Both the position numbers and the translations under genes were made by a program. From the IMG/VR virus record IMGVR_UViG_3300014204_000161, positions 1 through 64,000 of that record: a DNA stretch of 64,000 nucleotides. One strand, given 5' to 3'. The DNA comes from a virus. Taxonomy: Duplodnaviria; Caudoviricetes. Below are positions 36,702 through 45,825 of this stretch, one piece after another (positions within the stretch are counted from its first letter, which is position 1; each line of letters begins with the position of its first letter). The notes beneath the pieces were generated by a model, which saw nothing but the letters and a program-made list of their open reading frames with translations, did not search any database and had not been told where the DNA came from.

Positions 36702-36815
36702 AATACTAACCTTATACTCGGATTTTAGAAATCGGTTTATTGGGATAAATAATATTCCGGTCTAAACCTAGTCAATTAGGCCGAGTAGAATAACAAAATT
36801 ATAAAAACGAACGAC

Positions 36816-37013
36816 ATGTATTACTTAGTGAAAATCAGGTTCGAAGCGGACCAAGAAAATGGAAAGATCAAAAAAATTCGCGAACAGCATTTGATTCATG
36901 CTGAATCGGTTGGTGCTGCTGAAAAGAGCGCTCTGTCAAGGTTCGGTGGTGGAATCTCTCCGTGTTACATCGAGAGCGTCCAGGAATCGAAGATCATGAG
37001 CGTGATAGAATAG
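36816..37013 (+). CDS. DUF4494-like protein
   Basis: 'YYLVKIRF...KKIREQHLIHAESVGAAE...ES.IMSVI'. Confidence 0.75.
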   Translation: MYYLVKIRFEADQENGKIKKIREQHLIHAESVGAAEKSALSRFGGGISPCYIESVQESKIMSVIE

Positions 37014-37144
37014 ACTCTTCGCAATGATCTAAGTTGGTGAACCTGCTTCCATCGAGAAGCTTCTACCCAAAAGCCGGATATTTGCAAGTAAATCAGTTTA
37101 CTAATGAATCCGGCTTTTTTTGTGTGTGCCGGCTCGAGTGACAT

Positions 37145-37176
37145 AAAAAAAGGTCAGCCTCACGGTGACCTTTTTT
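37145..37176. terminator. bidirectional terminator closing the ncRNA candidate
   Basis: A-run GGTCA...TGACC T-run. Confidence 0.75.
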
Positions 37177-37181
37177 AATAT

Positions 37182-37606
37182 CGTTCAGCAGAACGTACGG
37201 AAGGAATAGGGTTTACCTCCAGTTTGATACTATGCTACAAGTTTACGACGACCTTCAACTCCCTCTGTCGAGGGCGACTCAAAACAGGTTAGCTGCCAGT
37301 CTGAATCGCTGTCGTGTCACCACAACAAATTGAGTGCCTTATCCCACACAGCTGAGAATTATTCGGCCACAAGACGGGGGTCTTGTATACCCGTACGTCG
37401 TTTGCAAGATACCATTGGATTATGCATCCAGTATATCTAAATCAAAACCTCGAGTTCCGATGGTTAGTCGGTTCACGGCGACCGCTTAGTCACTGTCTTC
37501 ATGCGGGGCATCCCCCTAACTCGAACCGTTACTCACTTTTGCAATATGAGTTGTTCCAGCACGCACTAGGACCAGATTCATGACTCCCTGATCCCTCTGC
37601 CAAACG
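37182..37606 (-). ncRNA. large structured ncRNA candidate (~425 nt), family not recognised
   Basis: 11-bp terminal helix (37596-37606 with 37182-37192), many internal hairpins, upstream promoter, downstream terminator, no credible ORF. Confidence 0.65.
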
Positions 37607-37691
37607 CAATAAAATAAATAACTTAAAAATGTATTTGAAGTATGTTCGGAAGTAATTATACCCAGCTTTTAGAAAACGGTTTTGAAAAAGT

Positions 37692-37919
37692 TTAATTTTT
37701 TGTTGGGTAAGGTGAAGTATCGCCGCGTTCCTTTCTGCGAAGGACTGCCATTTGACGGTCTGATGCTCTACCGTGCTGCTTCTTCATGATCGTGTCAAGA
37801 ACTTCTCCTAAGTACTTATCTCCGTAAACTATGGCGCGCCAGTACTTCTCAGATTTTATTTCATGAGGAAACTTGTTCTCGTTCAAGAATTCTTCTACGG
37901 ATTTAACTGGATTTCGCAT
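37692..37919 (-). CDS. small protein with capsid-targeting-like N-terminus
   Basis: 'PVKSVEEFLNEN'. Confidence 0.75.
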   Translation of the reverse strand: MRNPVKSVEEFLNENKFPHEIKSEKYWRAIVYGDKYLGEVLDTIMKKQHGRASDRQMAVLRRKERGDTSPYPTKN

Positions 37920-38163
37920 GCTCTTCTTCTTTTTTGAGGCGCTTAACGTTTACTCTATACCGATAGCGAGAGTAAAACGATAGTCCAAAGAACAGCCCCG
38001 CTATACAGTACATAATGAAATTGGCGTACCAAAGACTCCCAGTCTGAACGTAGAACCAATACTGAACGGCATCGAACCCAAATGGATTGAAGAACAGACC
38101 GATCATCATCGCCCAGTTCGCTAGATTGCCCAGTCTCTTTATTTTCTTTTCTTTCAAGGTCAC
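37903..38163 (-). CDS. membrane protein
   Basis: 'FFNPFGFDA' and two TM segments. Confidence 0.7.
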   Translation of the reverse strand: MTLKEKKIKRLGNLANWAMMIGLFFNPFGFDAVQYWFYVQTGSLWYANFIMYCIAGLFFGLSFYSRYRYRVNVKRLKKEEEHAKSS

Positions 38164-38243
38164 TATCCATGGCTAATTACGTTTTCAGAGCTTCCGAAAT
38201 TTACGGGCTAGGGAGATCCATCTCTTGATCTCAATGTTATTTA

Positions 38244-38486
38244 TCACCACTTGCGTTCGCCTTCGTCTAATGCGCAATGAAATCCCTGAAGTCTTGTCTT
38301 AGCTTCCAAGAAACATCCGCATATTTTGCACTGAACGAAGGTCGCATTGTAATGCTCGCAGGTTTTGCAAATGTTCAGCCTACGAGTTTTCTCCGTTTCG
38401 GAAACAAAAACTTTATCGAGAATTCGACTTAGGAAAGTTGGTTGAGGTTGGGGTTTTCCGGCTCCTCCGCAGCAGTGATCTGACAT
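38244..38486 (-). CDS. DUF6171-like Cys-rich protein
   Basis: 'RLNICKTCE...CKICGCFLEAKTRL...C...W'. Confidence 0.7.
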   Translation of the reverse strand: MSDHCCGGAGKPQPQPTFLSRILDKVFVSETEKTRRLNICKTCEHYNATFVQCKICGCFLEAKTRLQGFHCALDEGERKW

Positions 38487-38863
38487 CAGTATTTGGCGTA
38501 CATTTTTTCTTCTACTAGTTGTGAACCAGTATCTTTATTTATAGCTCTTTTGATTGCAGATCTATCATCATTTGTGAAATAAACTGATCTTGCCAATTCG
38601 ATGAATTCATTGTCGAATTCTTGCTTTGCTTCCTTCGTCCTGATCGCATCTTCGATGTCCCATAACTTTTCGTTCACCACCATTAGCTGTATGTAGAACT
38701 CGTATATGTCAGGCTTGTGCCAAAATGGTTTAGCTGATTCCAATAGAAGATCTCTTTCGACTTCGGTATTTTTTAACTGATCAGGATTCGTAAGTTTCTT
38801 GAGTTTTAATTCGAGAATGCTGAGCTTATCAAGCAATTCTCCATTGGAAATTTCGACTAACAT
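38486..38863 (-). CDS. DUF6165-like protein
   Basis: 'EISNGELLDKLSILELK...LWDIEDAIR...ARSVYFTND.R...EEK.Y'. Confidence 0.75.
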   Translation of the reverse strand: MLVEISNGELLDKLSILELKLKKLTNPDQLKNTEVERDLLLESAKPFWHKPDIYEFYIQLMVVNEKLWDIEDAIRTKEAKQEFDNEFIELARSVYFTNDDRSAIKRAINKDTGSQLVEEKMYAKY

Positions 38864-38866
38864 TGT

Positions 38867-39748
38867 TTACAACCATTTTTTTATTGACTCCATGACTTTC
38901 TCTGGAGTTATTGACGTGTGACATTCGAATTGACGTGGCGTGCCCTTATACACTGGACACCAAAACCAGTCCTTACTGACGAAATCGAAATCAACTCCAA
39001 CTCTATTCCAACACCCATGGCATACGGCCCTATTGATTATTCTAACGTAAGTATCATCAGCTAAATCGAATTCGTACCAATCTTCCGAAAAATTAGAAAT
39101 CATCGCAACTCGTTGCCCAAGACCGTGAGCCAACCACGCTAAACCAGAAGAAAGTCCTACGAAGAATTCTGCATGCTCGATGTAATTTATCGTGTCGAGA
39201 AGCGAAAGGCCAAGTCTTTTCACCGATTTTTTCGGTATTCCATTGTAGTACGGAGGATTACCATACAGTTCGTCCTTTTCCGTGACCACTGGTGTGATGC
39301 CAGCCTTGCGTAACATATCACATAAGGCGTTCCAATTTGGCGCTTCCTGCATCACCTTTGTACCACCTGGATGATTCCAGTACTTCAGTTGAGATGTTGA
39401 ATGCACACCGATTACTGCGTACTTGCCCTTAATTGGTCTATCCTTCTTGAAACTGTCTACTTTCGGGTGAATATAGACAGGATCAGAATAACCTAGCTGT
39501 TCCGCGAAATTTTGCTGAATTGGTTTGGTCCAACTGTGCATAAGGTTTATTATGCGATCTATGCCAGACGGTATTTCATTCACGTACTTGATGTTAGGAA
39601 ACGACCTAGCAAAAAGGTTCTGGTGATAAGAATTTCCAAGCAAAGTTAGAACCTCATCACCAGATTCGATCGTGTACTTATTAACATAGGGCATTGCAGC
39701 GATAGCATCGCCCAATGGGTACCCCATGTTTATCAAAGTTTTGCTCAT
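38867..39748 (-). CDS. GT9-like glycosyltransferase (autotransporter heptosyltransferase-like)
   Basis: 'FFVGLSSGLAWLAH', 'VCHGCWN', 'WCP...FEC'. Confidence 0.75.
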   Translation of the reverse strand: MSKTLINMGYPLGDAIAAMPYVNKYTIESGDEVLTLLGNSYHQNLFARSFPNIKYVNEIPSGIDRIINLMHSWTKPIQQNFAEQLGYSDPVYIHPKVDSFKKDRPIKGKYAVIGVHSTSQLKYWNHPGGTKVMQEAPNWNALCDMLRKAGITPVVTEKDELYGNPPYYNGIPKKSVKRLGLSLLDTINYIEHAEFFVGLSSGLAWLAHGLGQRVAMISNFSEDWYEFDLADDTYVRIINRAVCHGCWNRVGVDFDFVSKDWFWCPVYKGTPRQFECHTSITPEKVMESIKKWL

Positions 39749-40668
39749 TACATATAGAGACGTTTTTCGTAGTTGTCAGTTGCTGCACGAATTACTCTGA
39801 TCACGTCAATTGCATCCTGCACTGCATCGTGCGTTACTTCTCCGCTCAGTCCAGCCCTGCGAATGCATTCGTTCAGGTTCGGAAGTCTTTCGTCTTCTTT
39901 CCAGTGAGTGAAGAATTCGGCTGGGTCAATGATGCGCTGAGCGAACTGAATGTAATTCGACCAGCTTGGAAGTTTCTCAAGGAACTTCTTGTCGAACGAT
40001 GCGAAGTTCTTTCCGGCAACGTTTACCGTTATCTGCTCAGTCCTCGATCCATGGTTCGGATAGATTCCATTTGCTGTGAGCCATATCCATAGGGATTTTG
40101 CGACCATTCCCTCTCCCATGATGTGATTGGTCTTACGGATCTTTTCGCGATCTTCTTTCCTTGCAGTTTCAAGAGAAGCCAGGATTGCGATAATCCAGTT
40201 GTTCATGTTGAGAGCGAACGGTTGACCCTGATAAAGCTGGTGTTCGACTATGCAGGAAAATCTTGGAAGTTCTTCTAGCGGTTTCAAATCCAGGGTGTCC
40301 TCTATCACAGCTCCAACTTGGAGAATCTGACAGGTTTCGGGATCCAATCCAGTACTTTCAATATCAATCGATACATATTTCATTGTTCTGTAGTTTTTTA
40401 TCAGTTCGACAAGGATGTCTCCATGACACGATTTCGGTTTGCACCAACAGCCAAGAGTCTTTCCTTCCAATTCTTTAAGATCTTGCAACAGTTGAGGTTG
40501 GTTTAGGATCCAATTCCGATACGCTTCTATTGCTTCTTCCCGAGTTTCCACCCTGAATTCTGCACGAGTGCTATCTTTCAGATGAGTGAACGGATTCCCC
40601 CATTTACTAGGGCGCCCTATGTAAACATCATAGGGCTCCTTTTTGCAGTGTACTACTCGAGTTTCCAT
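39748..40668 (-). CDS. DUF4326-like domain fused to DEDDh 3'-5' exonuclease
   Basis: 'VYIGRPSKWGNPF...LGCWCKPKSCHGD' then 'SIDIESTG...HDAVQDA'. Confidence 0.8.
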   Translation of the reverse strand: METRVVHCKKEPYDVYIGRPSKWGNPFTHLKDSTRAEFRVETREEAIEAYRNWILNQPQLLQDLKELEGKTLGCWCKPKSCHGDILVELIKNYRTMKYVSIDIESTGLDPETCQILQVGAVIEDTLDLKPLEELPRFSCIVEHQLYQGQPFALNMNNWIIAILASLETARKEDREKIRKTNHIMGEGMVAKSLWIWLTANGIYPNHGSRTEQITVNVAGKNFASFDKKFLEKLPSWSNYIQFAQRIIDPAEFFTHWKEDERLPNLNECIRRAGLSGEVTHDAVQDAIDVIRVIRAATDNYEKRLYM

Positions 40669-41063
40669 TAGAAAGGGAGGTCGTCCTCCGGTTCAGCTGG
40701 TGCGATTGCTTCCTCATTCGCTTGGACCGGATGCGCTTTGTCAGGAAATAAATCCGGATCTTCGAACACGTCGGTAACTTCGGGAGCTGCTTTCTTTTCG
40801 CGGAAGATTCTCCATGCTTCGAGAGCATTGAAGTACTTTCCGTTCCATTCACGGCCCTTCACTTCGAAGGCAACACGAACAGTGTCACCAACGCCGAATG
40901 AATCAATCATATCACACTTGTCCTGAACGAGTTGGAAGATAATTTTTTGCGGGTACTTGCCATCAGTTTCGATGACGAACTCGCGTTTACGGAATCCTTT
41001 GTTGAAGGACTGGGCCGGAAATACTTCAAAGAGAATCCCGGTTAATTCAAGTTGATCTGCCAT
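40668..41063 (-). CDS. DUF3127 (OB-fold, SSB-like) protein
   Basis: 'FRKREFVIET...YPQ.I.F...GREWNGKYFN.LEAW'; acidic tail ending DDLPF. Confidence 0.8.
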   Translation of the reverse strand: MADQLELTGILFEVFPAQSFNKGFRKREFVIETDGKYPQKIIFQLVQDKCDMIDSFGVGDTVRVAFEVKGREWNGKYFNALEAWRIFREKKAAPEVTDVFEDPDLFPDKAHPVQANEEAIAPAEPEDDLPF

Positions 41064-41066
41064 AAA

Positions 41067-41240
41067 TTAATGTTTTTTCCAAATGAAAGTGTACGCTTGT
41101 TTACGAGAGCCTCGTAAACAAGCAGAAATGTTAGAAGACCATGATGGATGAATTTCTCTACGTTCCATCATATCTTTCCATGTTTTTATTAAAGTTCCAT
41201 CTATTAAAAATTGATCTATTCTTTATTATTCTCTTATCAT
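41067..41240 (-). pseudogene. NUMOD1-like homing-endonuclease DNA-binding remnant
   Basis: 'IDQFLIDGTLIKTW...SNISACLRGSRKQAYTFIWK' with two TAA stops after codon 4. Confidence 0.55.
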
Positions 41241-41242
41241 GA

Positions 41243-42367
41243 TCAAAAATCACTATTACAGATGCGTACATCGTAATCTGTGAAGTTCTTGAAGTCAAGG
41301 TCATCTGCTTCTAACCTTCTTTGCACGGTATCGCCCGGCATTGCGCGTTTTTCGAGTCGTTCCTTACGAACTTCCCAAGGAATATCCAAGTAAATGACTA
41401 GGCTCTGTTTTCTGTCCTCCGGTTTTACGTGAGACAGTCCAGCAGGAGTCATGATGAATATGTCGTCCGTATTGAACTGATCTTTTGTTGTTCCGTAAAG
41501 CCAGTTATTGAAGTATACGTACTCGTAAAAGTCTCCGTGGTCAATCATCCTCTGAGCAAGCTCGTTATTGATGAAGTAATAATCCTTTCCGTGAACTTCA
41601 CCGGGTCTTGGAGGACGAGTGGTCATGCTGATAGACTGTTTGAAACCTCTCTCAATGAATTTTTCGCGCAAAAAATCTTTTCCTGAAGCCGCTCTTGCGA
41701 CTAAAATAATTCTCTTGTGCATTGACTGTGACGAGATATTTTTTACGAACTCATCGAGTTCCTGTATTCTCTGATCAAGATAGTGATAGTAACGTTTCTG
41801 TGCCCAATCCGTATGGAAATGCATGGACATCATGAACGCTCTCTGCTTCGGAATAAATTCTAGAAGTGGAATCCCAAGTTCTACAGACAGGCCTTTAACA
41901 ACATGGTCAATGAACGTATCCTCCGTCCACTGAAGCAGATCAGCATCTCGGATGATTTGCTGACACTGATTCAGGTCGGAATCGTCAATGACATAAGGGT
42001 ATTGAGTTGCTGAGATTATGGTTTCGACCGCTTCCACATCAATCGGCACTGCACATAGAGGTTCAGTGTTCTTTGTGAATAACGTATGAACTCTGAAAAT
42101 CTGTTTAGCTTTGATGACGTTAAGGTGGTCATTGGTTCCAAAATGCCCGAAGTCATGGTACATCGCCGCAAGCAATAATAATCGAGTATCAGATTCACCC
42201 AGGTTAACGGATTTTGCTATTTCATAGCAATACTTTACCATACAGTGAAGGTGAAACAGGTTATGATACGGTTTCTCGTTTGACGGGTTATTGGTCTCGA
42301 CCATTTCCCAGTACTTCTCGATTCCGTACTCTCTTGCTATTGTTGGTATGTTGTACTTTAGTTTCAT
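41243..42367 (-). CDS. HD-domain phosphohydrolase fused to guanylate kinase
   Basis: 'PYHNLFH...AAMYHDFGH...DAD' then 'ARAASGKD...MTTRPPRPGEVHGKDYYF'. Confidence 0.85.
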   Translation of the reverse strand: MKLKYNIPTIAREYGIEKYWEMVETNNPSNEKPYHNLFHLHCMVKYCYEIAKSVNLGESDTRLLLLAAMYHDFGHFGTNDHLNVIKAKQIFRVHTLFTKNTEPLCAVPIDVEAVETIISATQYPYVIDDSDLNQCQQIIRDADLLQWTEDTFIDHVVKGLSVELGIPLLEFIPKQRAFMMSMHFHTDWAQKRYYHYLDQRIQELDEFVKNISSQSMHKRIILVARAASGKDFLREKFIERGFKQSISMTTRPPRPGEVHGKDYYFINNELAQRMIDHGDFYEYVYFNNWLYGTTKDQFNTDDIFIMTPAGLSHVKPEDRKQSLVIYLDIPWEVRKERLEKRAMPGDTVQRRLEADDLDFKNFTDYDVRICNSDF

Positions 42368-42627
42368 TATGCTCTTGGCTGTGTTTCGATTTGTTCCATT
42401 GCTGCAACACCCATCGTTGTGATCTTGCGAATGATTGTCATAGCTCTTTCTTCATATTCAGGGAATGATTCCCTTGTGCAGATGTGAATGCCTTCGGTCA
42501 GGTAATCCTGCATGTAAAGCAGCCATTCTTCCGGCGAATGCTGATGATTGTTAACGTCATTGACCCATCTTTTATCCTAGTATACTCTTTCACCATCGAT
42601 GAGTTCGTAAACCTTACTCCTTTCCAT
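42367..42627 (-). pseudogene. 86-codon ORF with one in-frame TAG (codon 17)
   Basis: MERSKVYELIDGERVY*DKRW...HSPEEWLLYMQDYL...IRKITTMGVAAMEQ; TAATG coupling to the next gene. Confidence 0.65.
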
Positions 42628-42641
42628 TGGTATGGATTATT

Positions 42642-43934
42642 TTAGACGGTTCTCTCTCCGTCGTAAATCGCTTTGACAACCGGGAACCTGAGAGAATTTT
42701 TTCCGTTCTGGTCCACCGTTTCTTCAAAGTACTGAACGGTAATTGTTTTACCTATAAGTTCGTTCGGGTTTTGGAAATAGTGACGTCTTTGTTCGAGCGA
42801 CCATCCTGAACCGACGTCCACCGGACAACCTTTATGCAAGATCTTGGCGTTCTTAAGCATTTCTTCTTCAATTTCTTGACCTTCTACGATTACCCGGCAG
42901 AATGCCATTTCGCAATCGATGACCTGGTACTCAGCATCGTGCATCTTTTTTACTTTGAGGAGGTTACGTGAACGTTTTCCTTCGTAACCGACGTTCTTAC
43001 GAAGCATGATACCTTCGTATCCCATGGCTGCGGCGTCCGCAACGAGAACTTCGAAATGATCCTGGTTCTCAACGAGAATCTGCGGAAGAACTTCGGCATA
43101 CTTGAGTTCAGCTCCGAACATCATGCCGTTCAGCATTACTTGGCGGGCAACGAATGTCGTGTCTCCGAATCCGCGTTCGAACTCGTCAAGTGGAATGAAA
43201 TCGAACATGTAGTACTTCGGAGCTTCGATCGTATGATCTTTCTTTCCGATCTGCTTGAGGATTCCCTGGAAGTCTTCATTTCCATTTTCTCCAATTAGAC
43301 AGATTTCTCCATCAAGAACTACATTGCGAAGGTTGAGTTTCTTGAGGTCCTCAGCAAGTTTTGACAGGGTGAAGAACTCTTTTCCTTGACGTGAAAAGAA
43401 CCGAATGCCTCCAGCTGCATCGATCACGGTAGCGCAACGACAACCGTCGAGCTTACGAGAAGCCCACCAAAGTCCCTCGTAAAAGTTGACTCTCTTTTCG
43501 TTTCCTTTGTACTTCTCAGCCAAAGCGACTTCGAATAGTGGAACGGTTCCGGGCATGATCTCATTGATGATGGTTGCTGTGGCCCTCGTTTTGAGGTTGC
43601 GATCGAACACCTGGTAGATGACGTCAGCGAATTCCGGATAAGAGTTGATGAAACCATTGACTGCTGCTACTACGTCATGCCCTGTGATGCGGCGTGCGCT
43701 CAGGTCATTTAAGAGGGTGAACAGATCTGTGTACCCTGCAGTTGACATGTGGTTGTTCTTGCGGAGGTTGTCCGAGCTGACATAATACTTCTTGAATGGG
43801 GTGTAAACGTAATTGAAAAGGTTTCTCAGGAAAGGAGTGTCGTACTTTTTGAGAATTTCTTTCTTGGCGTTTGTCGATGATGTGGCCTTCATTTCATCGA
43901 TGAAGTTCGCCACGTGTCTGAGGTCGTTTTGCAT
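42642..43934 (-). CDS. lig: ATP-dependent DNA ligase
   Basis: 'SRKLDG.R', 'LDGEI', 'FD', 'YEGIMLR', 'LLKVK', OB-fold C-terminus. Confidence 0.92.
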   Translation of the reverse strand: MQNDLRHVANFIDEMKATSSTNAKKEILKKYDTPFLRNLFNYVYTPFKKYYVSSDNLRKNNHMSTAGYTDLFTLLNDLSARRITGHDVVAAVNGFINSYPEFADVIYQVFDRNLKTRATATIINEIMPGTVPLFEVALAEKYKGNEKRVNFYEGLWWASRKLDGCRCATVIDAAGGIRFFSRQGKEFFTLSKLAEDLKKLNLRNVVLDGEICLIGENGNEDFQGILKQIGKKDHTIEAPKYYMFDFIPLDEFERGFGDTTFVARQVMLNGMMFGAELKYAEVLPQILVENQDHFEVLVADAAAMGYEGIMLRKNVGYEGKRSRNLLKVKKMHDAEYQVIDCEMAFCRVIVEGQEIEEEMLKNAKILHKGCPVDVGSGWSLEQRRHYFQNPNELIGKTITVQYFEETVDQNGKNSLRFPVVKAIYDGERTV

Positions 43935-44005
43935 GTAGGTATTATACTACAAACCGTTCCTTTGAGCACAAAAAAGCCGCATTTTGTGCGACTGATTTGT
44001 AAAGT

Positions 44006-44758
44006 TTATAGAGATTGGAATTGGCTCCCAATTCCATTCGATTTTAATAATGTATTCAAATGAGCAACTTCGTCTCTATCTAATTCCTGGCCGATCCAGT
44101 AAGCTAATGAACAATCATTGGTGTATTTTCTGTTTGCTGCTTCGGATTTGAATTTTGCAAAATCTGTTACGTTTCCTGCGCCGTACGTGTTGTACCCCAT
44201 TTTCAGGCTTCCAAAGTACTTTGCAAACTTCGTGAATTCATCCTGACTCTTTATTCCAGTGAATACATCAATTATTCCTTCTTCGTCTGTTCCCATGTCC
44301 TGCATAGCTTTCAAAAGTTTAAGAGTCAAATCGTCAAACTTTGCTGGATTTGCAGGTTGCACTGCTGGTTTTGGAGCGGCAGGTTTTGCTTGGCCACCGG
44401 CTGCTGGAGTGGCTGGAGCTCCTTTGCTTCCAGTTGCAGTGAATTTCGTGGCAGTATTCGTGTAAGAAACAATCCCAGTATCTTCAGCAACTTTCCATTC
44501 GACTGGAACCTGTGCGCCCTTTATTGTCAAAGTCAAAGTCCCCGTGTAAACTGGAGGATTAGCATTGACTTTAGCAACAACATCATTTTTCAATTGGTTC
44601 CAAGCAGTAGTAGCTTCTTGGTTGGTTCCTGTTCCGGACTTGGCTGCCAGAACTCCCGATAATGGATCAGCATCTTCTGTGATCATCTCAGAAGATTCGT
44701 TTATGAGAGCGAATCTTTTTAATTCAATGTCTCTGGCATAAGTGCTCATGTTTATCAT
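44006..44758 (-). CDS. late protein with annexin-repeat-like segment
   Basis: 'LLKAMQDMGTDEEGIIDVF'; 'FALINES'. Confidence 0.65.
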   Translation of the reverse strand: MINMSTYARDIELKRFALINESSEMITEDADPLSGVLAAKSGTGTNQEATTAWNQLKNDVVAKVNANPPVYTGTLTLTIKGAQVPVEWKVAEDTGIVSYTNTATKFTATGSKGAPATPAAGGQAKPAAPKPAVQPANPAKFDDLTLKLLKAMQDMGTDEEGIIDVFTGIKSQDEFTKFAKYFGSLKMGYNTYGAGNVTDFAKFKSEAANRKYTNDCSLAYWIGQELDRDEVAHLNTLLKSNGIGSQFQSL

Positions 44759-44775
44759 ATTCGTGTCGTATGTTT

Positions 44776-45825
44776 TTAGAAGTACAAATTCGGAACTTTA
44801 GGGTTATTCGTTTTTACCGAAACTACCTGAGCAACCGGAGCTGCCGCAGCGACTGGACCAAGAGCAGCATTTAACTTATCTGAAATTTCCTGAGTGATTG
44901 CCGTTATTGGAGTATCCGGAGTTCCTATTACTTGTGCGATAGCCTTAGCAGTATTGTCTCCGAATTTACCGTCAGCTCCGCCTCTTTGTTTTAGCGTTTC
45001 AGCAGCAGGTCCGCCCTTAGTAATGATTCTCTGTTGCAATTCTTGAACAGATTTGTTGAACTGCAAATTCTTTGCGATGTTGGCGTAAGATGGGCCAGTC
45101 GCAGGAGGAGGTGTTGCAGGCGGTGGAGTCGCAGGAGGAGGTGTTGCAGGTGGTGGAGTAGCCGGAGGCGGAGTTTCCTGTTTAGGTTCTTCAATTTTAG
45201 AAGATGCATCGAGCATGGATTGCAAATCGGCTTTCACTTCTGCACTGCCTATTGTCGATGCATCGTAAATCTTTAGATCTTCAAATAGAGGCATCGTAAC
45301 TTCTTCCTTTACTGTTGGCACTGGTTGATCAGGAGTTGCGTTTGCTGCAGGGGTTGGAGTTCCATCAGGAATAGTAGCGATCGCAGTAGCCGATTGTAAT
45401 TGATCCGGCGTGAAATGATTTCCCTGATAGAACGAAACAGCACCCGTGTAAACGTAATCACCAACTGCTCTTGTCTGATCCTTCTTAATGTCGATAACCC
45501 CAACCATGTCAGATTTCAATTGACCACCAGTTACTTGGCTGCTAATCATTGATGTGAGTTCATCGATAGCTTTCCTTTTTGCAGCAGTAGGATCGATTTC
45601 TTCCGAGTTCACGTACTTAAAATCGAATTTCAGAACCTCGCCCTTATTCGTGTCAGGTGTGCCCATTGCGATCTTAATCTTAGTATTGTCTGTGACCTGT
45701 TTACCGCGATTGTCATTGTACACGGTCTTTTCTTTGTGACGATCCTCTTCCACCGTTGAATTATCAGTCGATTCGTTTAATGACCTCTGATATTCGGCGA
45801 AACTTTTTATCTTAAACTCGCTCAT
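44776..45825 (-). CDS. late protein with (TPPPA)x5 linker and PG-binding-like domain
   Basis: 'KIKSFAEYQRSLNES'; 'VQELQQRI...GADGKFGDNTAKAI'; ATAAATA at 45855-45861. Confidence 0.75.
   Translation of the reverse strand: MSEFKIKSFAEYQRSLNESTDNSTVEEDRHKEKTVYNDNRGKQVTDNTKIKIAMGTPDTNKGEVLKFDFKYVNSEEIDPTAAKRKAIDELTSMISSQVTGGQLKSDMVGVIDIKKDQTRAVGDYVYTGAVSFYQGNHFTPDQLQSATAIATIPDGTPTPAANATPDQPVPTVKEEVTMPLFEDLKIYDASTIGSAEVKADLQSMLDASSKIEEPKQETPPPATPPPATPPPATPPPATPPPATGPSYANIAKNLQFNKSVQELQQRIITKGGPAAETLKQRGGADGKFGDNTAKAIAQVIGTPDTPITAITQEISDKLNAALGPVAAAAPVAQVVSVKTNNPKVPNLYF

Noticed and set aside
37182-37606. RNase P, tmRNA, or group I/II intron identity; ORF 37383-37583
   Set aside because: No P4 GAGGAAAGUC, no tRNA-like ends, GACUA has no UAGUC partner, no domain V; the ORF is antisense with no start context.
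45088-45180. 15-bp tandem repeat as a regulatory element
   Set aside because: Fully explained as the (TPPPA)x5 coding linker.
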